From positions 23,220 through 87,219 of IMG/VR virus record IMGVR_UViG_3300005077_000012: a stretch of 64,000 bases of DNA, one strand, 5' to 3'. Origin of the DNA: a virus. Lineage: Duplodnaviria; Caudoviricetes. The position numbers and the translations under genes are program-made. This document shows, in pieces, positions 28,870 through 37,428 of this stretch (the first letter of the stretch is position 1; every line of letters starts with the position of its first letter). Under the pieces are notes generated by a model, which was given only the letters and a program-made list of their open reading frames with translations, ran no database searches and was not told where the DNA came from.

Positions 28870-31221
28870 TCAGAACAGTCTGTGCCGGAGCCCGACCACA
28901 TACGCCAGACGCCGGATCGCTTTCAGCAGTTTCGGCCCGAAATGCTTTTTCAACAGGCCCTCGAACTTCCCGTCCTCAAACATCGCATAGGTCGGATCGA
29001 CCTCCGGGAACCCCCAGCCGAACGGATTGTCCGCCGCGTCCCCCACCGCATCCATACGCTCGTCCGTCGTCGTATACTCCGGCTGCTTCGCCTTGTACCG
29101 GATAAACTGGTCAAAGGTCCGGGCGAACACCTCGTTGACGTCGCCCCAATACCGGGACCGCTTCGAGTAATAGTCGGAGTGTGTCTGCTTGCGGAATGAG
29201 TGTACGGTAACCTCGGACAGGTGCTGTGAATACATCTCGAACGCTCGGTCCACAACCTTTGCCGGTGCAAAACGTACCCGGTCAACGATCGATTTCAGAT
29301 CGTCCACAGAATAGACTCCCTTCGTCTCCGATACGATCGCAGGACCATGCTTGTCCGGGTCATTCAACGCATTGCGCAGCGTCGAAAGGAACTCATCCGG
29401 CGTAACGGTTCCGTACCGATCATCCGCCTGATTAGCGTTGTGGAGCATGGCACGCAGGCTCGGCTCAACGATCTCAACGAACTTCAGGACATCCAGACCC
29501 TTACGCCCGGCAAGGTCCGGGTGCGCCGTCAGGTACCCGCCGATTTCCGACAACGCCACGGCAGACGACTGATCGATGTACGTCTTGAACGCCGCATGAG
29601 ACGGATTGAATGTCTCCTTGATCTTCTGCTCAAGACCAGACGCCTTGACCCACTCCTTGAACTCGTCGACCAACACCTTCCCGCCCCGGTAAAAAAAGTA
29701 ATGTCCCGCTTCGTGTACGATCGCCCCCGGGTACGACGGGGAGATATTCAACGAATGGTCCTTCTCGACGTAGAACCCGGCCGCCTTCTTCGACGCCTTC
29801 GCAATCCGCAGGATCATCTTCTTCCCGTCTGACGGAACGTAGTCCTTGAAATTGACCACGGACGAGATCGTCGAGAACACCTTGAACAATGCCCGCAGGC
29901 TCGGGGCCGACAGCTTCGCCTCCCTCCCGGGGATGATCGCATCGGTTGTGATCTCCAGACCGATCTCATCCCGGAACGCGGTGACGAGCTTCGCAATCTT
30001 CGGATCAGTCGCCATCAGGTGATCTTTATACCCGGCGGTCCCCTTGACGTACTTCATGATCCGCTTCTTTGAACTCTCATCCGCGAACTTGTTCAGGACC
30101 CCCTCGATCTTGTCGTACGGTATCGGAATGTACGGCAGAACGAGGATCGAACGCCGCGTCGGATTGACATCGGAGAACTGGAGTCCAACCCGGCCGTCAG
30201 TCATCACCATCGAACCGGTTATCCCCAACTTCCCGATCGGCTCACGCTGCATCGCATTGTAGGATTGCCTCAACTGCGCAGCGGCGGCAGTCGCATAACG
30301 CAGATTGGATATGGCGTTCCTCGAAGGAACATCCAGACCGGACTGCACACTCTCAAGGGCCATCAGGTCCTGATACAAGGTTCCCGCCGCGCCGATCGAC
30401 TTCGAGTCCAACAGGCCGTCCTCGAAGTCCTTGAGCTGCTTCCACCCGGTATAAAAGTCTGCCGCGTCCGGCGGCTGCACTTTCTCCCGAACCGCGTCCG
30501 GGAGCGCGTCGAGTTTTTGCTGCAGGCTCTCCAGAACGGCCTTCAGCGCATACTCCATCGACGGAGCCGACTCATAATCCCACGTTGCCGACATCGCGGC
30601 CTCGGCGTCCAGCCCGGGAACCTTCTTTTCCTCAGCCTTCTTCGGAACCACCTTCGGTTTCTCCGGCTTCGGCCGCGTCCACATCGCCACCGACGGCCGC
30701 CCCATAATCTTCTCATCATCGTCCAACTGCACCCGGTCCCACGTCACGATCTCAGCGTTGGCGTCCTCCTTGCTCAGGCGGAAGCGTTCCTGCGCCTCCT
30801 CCAGTGTCAGGTTGTCATACTCGGTAACCGGGCTGCCGTCGACGTGCACAACGAACACACGGTGCGTGTTCGCACGCTTCGCCTTCGGAGCATCGGGCTT
30901 CTTCACCTCCGGGGCCTTCGACCCTTCCATGAGCTTGTGCTTCAGTACATATTTGACGATATCGGTGTCGCCCTTCAGGTCGTGCCCGACTTCGGCCTTC
31001 ACCTTCTCGATGATCTCTTTGCGTCGGTCCGCAGTGAGCTTCGCCCACCAGTCGAGAACCTTTGCACGCTCAGGCCACGGCCGGGCACCCTCATGCACCC
31101 CATCAACGACCTCAACCCACTTCTTATCCGACGCCTTCCGATACTTCCGACCCTTCCATTCCCGGATCGTACCAACCGGGTACGCCTTCCCTTTGATCAT
31201 CAGTCTATAGATTTTTAGCAC
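28870..31221 (-). CDS. Tagged large protein with zincin (HExxH)/LPD1-like C-terminal domain
   Basis: N-terminal tag KGKAYPVGTIREWKGRKYRK...W; IVHEAGHYF and YYS...YW...NEVFARTFDQFI. Confidence 0.75.
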   Translation of the reverse strand: MLKIYRLMIKGKAYPVGTIREWKGRKYRKASDKKWVEVVDGVHEGARPWPERAKVLDWWAKLTADRRKEIIEKVKAEVGHDLKGDTDIVKYVLKHKLMEGSKAPEVKKPDAPKAKRANTHRVFVVHVDGSPVTEYDNLTLEEAQERFRLSKEDANAEIVTWDRVQLDDDEKIMGRPSVAMWTRPKPEKPKVVPKKAEEKKVPGLDAEAAMSATWDYESAPSMEYALKAVLESLQQKLDALPDAVREKVQPPDAADFYTGWKQLKDFEDGLLDSKSIGAAGTLYQDLMALESVQSGLDVPSRNAISNLRYATAAAAQLRQSYNAMQREPIGKLGITGSMVMTDGRVGLQFSDVNPTRRSILVLPYIPIPYDKIEGVLNKFADESSKKRIMKYVKGTAGYKDHLMATDPKIAKLVTAFRDEIGLEITTDAIIPGREAKLSAPSLRALFKVFSTISSVVNFKDYVPSDGKKMILRIAKASKKAAGFYVEKDHSLNISPSYPGAIVHEAGHYFFYRGGKVLVDEFKEWVKASGLEQKIKETFNPSHAAFKTYIDQSSAVALSEIGGYLTAHPDLAGRKGLDVLKFVEIVEPSLRAMLHNANQADDRYGTVTPDEFLSTLRNALNDPDKHGPAIVSETKGVYSVDDLKSIVDRVRFAPAKVVDRAFEMYSQHLSEVTVHSFRKQTHSDYYSKRSRYWGDVNEVFARTFDQFIRYKAKQPEYTTTDERMDAVGDAADNPFGWGFPEVDPTYAMFEDGKFEGLLKKHFGPKLLKAIRRLAYVVGLRHRLF

Positions 31222-31222
31222 G

Positions 31223-32005
31223 CTACTCCCCCATCAGATCAGACATCAGCTTCTCCATCTCTCGGTCCAGCCCGCGCAGTTCCTCCGCCGTCGTCTGTGA
31301 AACCTTCCGCGCATGATACAGGATTTCCCGCAGACCCATCTGTATCTTCGTTACCTGCTCCATGTTCGCATCGAATAACTCCTCCCGGGTCACATCCGCC
31401 GCGTAGAAGTACAGATCGTTCAGGATGGAACTCGCCAGCGCAATCAACGACTCGACCTTCCCTTCACTGAAGGTCCGGAACTCCACCTCGTCAAACTCCT
31501 CCATCGGGTGCTCCCGAAACATATTCCGAACCTCACGCAGCAACTGAGTCCGCAATTCAACCAACACCAGACGGTAGATATTAAACGAGTCACACAGAGT
31601 CGCGTGCTGGATGGACTTCCGCTTCAACAGGTCGATGTATATCCCCTGCATCAACAGCAGCAACTGATCACCACGCTCCTCGGCATAACTCATCTGCCCG
31701 CGTAACAGCAGCACGTTCCTGATCTCCAGCTTCCGGGTCAAGAGCTTGACCGTCTGGTTCAGCATCGTCACAACATCCCGGGAATGAGGGCACATCGCGT
31801 GCGGGCTCTTGACAGGCTTCGCCTTCGCCCTTCCCGGAACCCCGTCACCACCGATGTCCAGCTCCTTACCGCCGCTCACGATCCGCAGACCCCGACGGAC
31901 GATCAGGATCGCAGAGTACCCCAGCATGAACGTCAGGCCGGACGCGAATACCATCTGAAACCACTTCGGCAAGTCATTGAGCCAGTCTATAAATGTCGTA
32001 AACAC
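31223..32005 (-). CDS. Membrane-anchored coiled-coil protein
   Basis: One hydrophobic segment (WFQMVFASGLTFMLGYSAILIV) followed by a long helical domain. Confidence 0.65.
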   Translation of the reverse strand: MFTTFIDWLNDLPKWFQMVFASGLTFMLGYSAILIVRRGLRIVSGGKELDIGGDGVPGRAKAKPVKSPHAMCPHSRDVVTMLNQTVKLLTRKLEIRNVLLLRGQMSYAEERGDQLLLLMQGIYIDLLKRKSIQHATLCDSFNIYRLVLVELRTQLLREVRNMFREHPMEEFDEVEFRTFSEGKVESLIALASSILNDLYFYAADVTREELFDANMEQVTKIQMGLREILYHARKVSQTTAEELRGLDREMEKLMSDLMGE

Positions 32006-32041
32006 CGAAACCCCCCGCGCACGATCCCGAACGCCGTCACG

Positions 32042-34783
32042 TTAAATCCGGACCCACTGATCCGCTGCTTCTTTCCTGTAACTCACCCCGGCGCGGGAAC
32101 GCTGCGTCCCGATCGGGAGTGCTCCGCCCCGGTTGAGCTGCCAGTAGCGCTCCTCACGCTTGATACTCTTCGCGAGATCGTCCGGGAGCTCCTGCGACTT
32201 CTTCGCTTTCGCCTCACGGAACTTCTTCGCCACGAACGTCCCGGCGGCGTCAATGCTGGAGAACTCGCCCTGACTCTCCCCACCACGCTCCACGGACACT
32301 TTACCGGAACCGTCGGTGTGCTTCTTCACGGACCACCACTCACCGTCAGGACCTTTTACTGTACCCGATGAATCTCCTTCCATACTCTCAAGGATACCCT
32401 CGGCCTCGGCGGACAACCCGTCGTCCCCGGCAGGCTTCGCATCGGACTCATGTCTCTCTCCAGACGACACACCGTAGTTCTTCACATACTTCTCCACCGC
32501 CTCTTTAACAGTCTTTGACTGCGCCGTCGTCGAAAGGTAATGGAGCCGCTTTGTATCCGGGTCCTTATACCCCAGATCGATCTGTCCGTGATTGGTCTTC
32601 CACCCCTTGATTGTATCCAGATTGATCTGAGGGTCTTTGACTCCCAGCTCCTTCAGCTTGTTTAAAATCGGACGTGCGTTATACTTCGACCCACCACCAG
32701 CAGCGGGCTTGCCCTCTTTCACAGGCTCCCACTTCCCGGCAGCGACCTTCTTGTACTTCTTCCCCTTCCAGTCACGGATTGTCCCGGGCGGAAGTCCTCG
32801 GCCTTTGTTCAGCCAGACCACCGTGTCCTCCTTGCGCAGCTCCTCGATCGCCTTGCTCATGTCTTCCGTTTCGAGAAATTTTGCAGGCGTCTCTGCAACC
32901 TCAAGCTCCGCATCCGGAGTCGTCGTCCCCAGCCCGATATTCCGCTTCGCGTTCAACGTCAATTTCCACTCGTTCATAAATTTCCTCGCCTTAAATAGTT
33001 TGCCCTGCCCTTCTGCCTCCATCGCAGCATCCCGGAGCTTCGACAGGTTTTTCTTCGCCTCTATATGTGTTTGTATCGCCTTCAGATCATCCGGATCAAG
33101 CTCCGACCGCAATGCCGCTTCAGGGACTTCCTTCCATCCCCCGGTCCTCGATGAATGATCATAGTACTCGGCCTCGACTTTGCCCTCGGCAGTCACCCGG
33201 TACCCATTCGCGTCCAGTATGTCCTTGATTGACTCAGGGTCCGCATCTGCCTTCGCCTGATCGTACCGCTCCTGCGCCGACCCGCCGCGCTTCTTCTCCG
33301 CACGCTTCCCGGACTCATGCTTCTCGCGCTCGGCAGCCAGCTCCTTCTCCATCCGGGCCTTGTCATCCGCATCGCGCTTCGCCTGCGCTGCGTCGCGCTC
33401 GGCCTGCGCCTTCTTACCCGCCTCGTATTCCCCGGGAAGCTCGTCGATCCTCTTGCTGACCTTGTCCGCACCCTGCTTCTCGACGATCTTACCCAGCGCA
33501 TTGATCGCCTTCTGCCTGCCCCCCAGCTCCCGGACAACCAGCATCCCGGTCTTCTTGTCAACCAGAGCGTACCCGGCCTTCCCGGACGGGAACGTCATGT
33601 CAAACCCCCAGAACTCCCGGTCAAGGTCCTTCACCTTCGCGGGTTTCATCGACGTACCCTCGGGGACCTTCACCACATTCCCCATGTGATCCGACACCTC
33701 GGTCGGGGCCTTCTCACCTTTCGCTGCGCCCTTGTCCGATTTCTTCACGGCAGCACCGGCCTGCTTGCTTGCCTCGGCAGCCCCGGCCACACCGCCGCCT
33801 TCGCTCGTCGCCTCGACGGTCTTCGCCGCGCCCTTGACGGCGGCCTCACCTTTGCCCGCAGCCTCTTTGATCCCACCCGCAATGTCCTTAACCGAATCAG
33901 ATATGCTCTGTGAACTCGACGTCGACGCCTGCTTCTTTAACCGCTCCAGCATCGCGTCCAGATTGGACTTGTCCTCACTGTCCGGCAGGTTCTTAATGTC
34001 CGACTTCAGCTTCTCATACGTCGCATCCCCGAGCTTCCCGCCCGTCTTCGGGGCCGCATCAGAATCACGCCCTCCCGTACGCACCGCCTTTACCGCAGCC
34101 TTCACCTGCTCATCAGAGGCCCCGGGCTTCAACTTCCCCGTAATTTTGTTAAGTGTATCCACGTCGAGTCCGATATAGTCATTGCTCGCAGAATCCTCCG
34201 CGCTCCACGCCCGCATAACACGGTTCTCCAAAACCGTCTTTTCACCTTTATCCATCTGGGGCTCCCCAGCCTGCGCATCACCTTCAGGCTCGCCCTTCGC
34301 TGCACCCTTGCCACTCTTCACGCGCACCCAGCCGGTGTCTCCCTTGCGGTACTTCTTTCCCTTCCATTCCCGGATAGTCCCGACCGGCAACGCCTTCCCC
34401 TTCTCCAGAGACTCCAGCTCTCGCAGACTCTTCGCTGCACTCTCCATCCTATCAAGACGGGTGTAATAGTCCGGTATCTCGGCCAGATGATCCCGCGCAA
34501 TCTTCTCGGCCAGCTTCGGGTCATCGGTGTGCTCGGCCTCGACCTCGATCCCACGCTTCAACTGCTCCGGGTCCGGGCTCGTCTTCGCGGTCTGACTCCG
34601 GCCCTTACCAATGAAAGACCCCAGAATCGCATAGATCATCTCCTCGACCCCGTGCTTGTTCCACCCATGCGCCTCGGCCCACTCATGGACCTCGTAGTCC
34701 TCCGGCTTCGGGTTCTCACTCAAGAATCGCTCAACCTGCAGCCTGCTCGGGCGTGCCTTATCGAGTTTTTGTACGCGTATCAT
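32042..34783 (-). CDS. Tagged large protein (three tag copies) with N-terminal DUF5661-like domain
   Basis: EQLKRGIEVEAEHTDDP..AEKIARDHL.EIPDYYTRL (DUF5661-like); tags near 34320-34410, 32720-32810 and 32045-32140; low-complexity K/A/E/G linkers. Confidence 0.8.
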   Translation of the reverse strand: MIRVQKLDKARPSRLQVERFLSENPKPEDYEVHEWAEAHGWNKHGVEEMIYAILGSFIGKGRSQTAKTSPDPEQLKRGIEVEAEHTDDPKLAEKIARDHLAEIPDYYTRLDRMESAAKSLRELESLEKGKALPVGTIREWKGKKYRKGDTGWVRVKSGKGAAKGEPEGDAQAGEPQMDKGEKTVLENRVMRAWSAEDSASNDYIGLDVDTLNKITGKLKPGASDEQVKAAVKAVRTGGRDSDAAPKTGGKLGDATYEKLKSDIKNLPDSEDKSNLDAMLERLKKQASTSSSQSISDSVKDIAGGIKEAAGKGEAAVKGAAKTVEATSEGGGVAGAAEASKQAGAAVKKSDKGAAKGEKAPTEVSDHMGNVVKVPEGTSMKPAKVKDLDREFWGFDMTFPSGKAGYALVDKKTGMLVVRELGGRQKAINALGKIVEKQGADKVSKRIDELPGEYEAGKKAQAERDAAQAKRDADDKARMEKELAAEREKHESGKRAEKKRGGSAQERYDQAKADADPESIKDILDANGYRVTAEGKVEAEYYDHSSRTGGWKEVPEAALRSELDPDDLKAIQTHIEAKKNLSKLRDAAMEAEGQGKLFKARKFMNEWKLTLNAKRNIGLGTTTPDAELEVAETPAKFLETEDMSKAIEELRKEDTVVWLNKGRGLPPGTIRDWKGKKYKKVAAGKWEPVKEGKPAAGGGSKYNARPILNKLKELGVKDPQINLDTIKGWKTNHGQIDLGYKDPDTKRLHYLSTTAQSKTVKEAVEKYVKNYGVSSGERHESDAKPAGDDGLSAEAEGILESMEGDSSGTVKGPDGEWWSVKKHTDGSGKVSVERGGESQGEFSSIDAAGTFVAKKFREAKAKKSQELPDDLAKSIKREERYWQLNRGGALPIGTQRSRAGVSYRKEAADQWVRI

Positions 34784-35021
34784 GTTTCTTGCCTCGCTTT
34801 GATTTTTTCATGCTTGAACCTGTATGACTAACGAGTGCCAGAACCTCCGGGATCGGAGAGCACCTGAGACACCCGTAAATATAATTCCCAACACCGCCAT
34901 GCCACGGACCAACTTCCACCCTGAACATCCACTCCCAGCGGAACGAACGCTCACACAACACACACCGTCTCCTCCGAAACGTGAACACCCTGTGCACCCG
35001 GGTCGGCCCACCAGCACGCAC
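34758..35021 (-). CDS. Small Cys-containing hypothetical protein
   Basis: CVLCERSF...CLRC pairs; exact start uncertain. Confidence 0.4.
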   Translation of the reverse strand: MRAGGPTRVHRVFTFRRRRCVLCERSFRWEWMFRVEVGPWHGGVGNYIYGCLRCSPIPEVLALVSHTGSSMKKSKRGKKHDTRTKTR

Positions 35022-35287
35022 TACAGGACCTCCATCAATATCCCGCAGTACTGACCCACGTACAGCTCGCGCTCCACCGGTCCCTCGAACGGGCTATCGT
35101 ACGTCAAGACCCGCTGCTTGTCCGACTCGACAAGGTCCTCGGGCCCGACCTGATCCCCATCCACATCACAATTCGCTCCGACATAAAACGCATCCGGGTC
35201 CAGCGTCTCATACCATGCACCCATCCCGATCAGCGTGCGATTTTCCTCGATACCGCGCCAGTACTCCACAATGTTATACGCCATCAC
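35021..35287 (-). CDS. Hypothetical protein
   Basis: 88-aa acidic ORF overlapping the upstream stop codon. Confidence 0.6.
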   Translation of the reverse strand: MMAYNIVEYWRGIEENRTLIGMGAWYETLDPDAFYVGANCDVDGDQVGPEDLVESDKQRVLTYDSPFEGPVERELYVGQYCGILMEVL

Positions 35288-37317
35288 CGCAACTCCCGCA
35301 TTATAGTCTGATAGATCGTCTCGAAGTGTCCGTTCCAGATCGCTCCACCCTGATCGTACTTCATGAAATTGGCCTTGAACTTCTTCATGCCTTCAACCCC
35401 GTCCTTCTGGACGACCTGATTTTCAAGGAACCGCTTTTTCTGTTCAGGCTTCAGCTTGTATACATACTGCAGGTTGTCCCGTATATGCTGATCAGTCTCC
35501 GGCGTCGTCTTATATCCCCGGGCAAGGAACTTGAACGACCTGAGCGTATAGCGCGGAGAGTGTGGTAACATCTTCGGATTGCAGAACTCCAGCGTCTTGC
35601 CCTCCAGTGCCGAGAGACCCTTCCCGGTCGCATCAATCATCACCCCGGTCAACGGGTCCAACTGCAGCGAGTTGATCGTGAAGTCCCGGGACTCAGCGTC
35701 GCCCTTCAGCCGCCAGCCCTTGACCTGCCACGATGGAACGTCGTCAGAGTGTTTGTGGACCGGCGTGATATCCACATCGACCCCGGCGTCCTTGATAGTC
35801 ACCAACCCCAGCCGGTCATTCAACGACCACGTATTCGCCCACGCCGGATTGAGTCCCTTGACTATGTGCTGCAGCTCGCCGTCAGAGCAGTTCGCAATGA
35901 AGTCAACATCCTTCGAGTCCCCGCCCTGCAGGAAGTCCCGGACGGTCCCACCCACGATCGTCAACGTGAACCCGGCAGCCTTGAACGTCTCACACAGCTT
36001 CCGGTACGTCACCTTCGATTTACCAATACGCGTCTCCATGACCTTCGCCACCGACGCGGCCATCTCCCCAGAGATATGAAACAGGTTTTTATCTTCCAAA
36101 CCATCATACAGCGAGTGCTCCTGTATTACCCCGTCAGGCTTAACGTTCTGCCAGCGTGAGTCGATCACCCGGCCATCGCTCATCTTGATCAGTGCAGTTC
36201 CCTTGTTCCCCAGAGCAACCAGCTTCCCACGCTGACCGGAATACTTCTGGTGCCCCTGCCCGGTATAGACCACACTCTGCCCCTCGATCATCCGGTCCCG
36301 ACGCGTGGTATCCTTTATCAACTGCTGCGCGGCCCCGGCGGCCACATCCTGCAGCTTCCCCACCTTGACACTGACCGCATGGTCCTGTAGCGCCTGCGCC
36401 GCTGCCTTGTTCTGCGCCGGTGTCGGGGCCTTCGCGCCCGGGTTTACCACACCGTCGTACAGCCACTTCCCGTCTGCACCCTTCTTGTACCAATAGTTCC
36501 CGTACTGCTTGCGTGTCCCGATCGGATCGCCGCCCTTCTGCATTTCGAGATATTTTGCAGGCCCGAACCGCATCGTCCTGAAATTAAACAAAGGGACCAT
36601 CATCCCGATCCCCTTCGATAGATCATCCAGATCATCAGCACTCTTCTTGTACCCCAGCCGCTCGCTCAGGGCTTCCTTCGCGGCCTGCTTGCGCTGCGCA
36701 TCCCGCTCAGCCCACTGCGAACCCTTTGCGCTCTCGTCCGGGCCCTTCGCCGGAGCTTCGCCATCCTTCACCTTAACAATCTTCACCGCGCCCTTGATCG
36801 ACTGGACGTTCCCCTGACCTTCCGGGGCTTCAGGATTGAAACGGGTCTGCCACTGCATCGCGAACTTGCCATCCCGGGAATACAGCCGCTTCTGCTCATG
36901 GTCCAGACGCCCACCCCGGAACAACTTCCGGGACTCGTCCCCCAGCTCGCCCATCGCCTCCTCAAACCGGTGCGACAGCTTCGCAGGCGTGTTCACGTAC
37001 GCCGTCGCCATGTCTTCCTTGTCCTCAGTGGACATCTCCCCGGACGACGGGTCCCCGGGCTTGTCCGATCCACCCCCGGGACGCTCGGCACCCTTTTCCT
37101 TCCCAGCACCCAGCGGGGACCACTGCCCCTCGGCAACCTTCCGATACTTTGTTCCACCCCAATCAGCAACGGTCCCGACAGGCATCCGCTTGCCCGCCTT
37201 CACGAACGCCTCCGCGTCAACGCAGTTAACCCCGTGGTACACAGGGCCAGACAGGTCGTCTATCATTTCGAGAATTTTTGCAGGTGCCACAACCGGAAAG
37301 TCTAATATTCGTGCCAT
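35284..37317 (-). CDS. Tagged protein (two tag copies) with C-terminal class II nucleotidyltransferase (CCA-adding/poly(A) polymerase fold)
   Basis: IVGGTVRDFL...KDVDF (motif A, DxD), VDIT (motif C), ESRDFTINSL (motif B), G...D..G.G...L, SPRYTLR (altered motif D). Confidence 0.85.
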   Translation of the reverse strand: MARILDFPVVAPAKILEMIDDLSGPVYHGVNCVDAEAFVKAGKRMPVGTVADWGGTKYRKVAEGQWSPLGAGKEKGAERPGGGSDKPGDPSSGEMSTEDKEDMATAYVNTPAKLSHRFEEAMGELGDESRKLFRGGRLDHEQKRLYSRDGKFAMQWQTRFNPEAPEGQGNVQSIKGAVKIVKVKDGEAPAKGPDESAKGSQWAERDAQRKQAAKEALSERLGYKKSADDLDDLSKGIGMMVPLFNFRTMRFGPAKYLEMQKGGDPIGTRKQYGNYWYKKGADGKWLYDGVVNPGAKAPTPAQNKAAAQALQDHAVSVKVGKLQDVAAGAAQQLIKDTTRRDRMIEGQSVVYTGQGHQKYSGQRGKLVALGNKGTALIKMSDGRVIDSRWQNVKPDGVIQEHSLYDGLEDKNLFHISGEMAASVAKVMETRIGKSKVTYRKLCETFKAAGFTLTIVGGTVRDFLQGGDSKDVDFIANCSDGELQHIVKGLNPAWANTWSLNDRLGLVTIKDAGVDVDITPVHKHSDDVPSWQVKGWRLKGDAESRDFTINSLQLDPLTGVMIDATGKGLSALEGKTLEFCNPKMLPHSPRYTLRSFKFLARGYKTTPETDQHIRDNLQYVYKLKPEQKKRFLENQVVQKDGVEGMKKFKANFMKYDQGGAIWNGHFETIYQTIMRELR

Positions 37318-37428
37318 AAAATACCCACCACTAACCTACAGAACTGATACATCACCAGAATGAAAAACAGCGTGCCAATCACCAGCATATAAATACGGTC
37401 GCGATCAGGACGGTTCCACATACGCAGG

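Noticed and set aside
31223-32005. Holin call for the TM/coiled-coil protein
   Set aside because: A single TM segment and no adjacent lysin; insufficient evidence.
34761-34775. Near-matches to the dispersed motif (34761, also 11327, 22548, 28464, 44885, 59965)
   Set aside because: Wrong spacing or a mismatch at otherwise invariant positions; not counted among the 24 copies.
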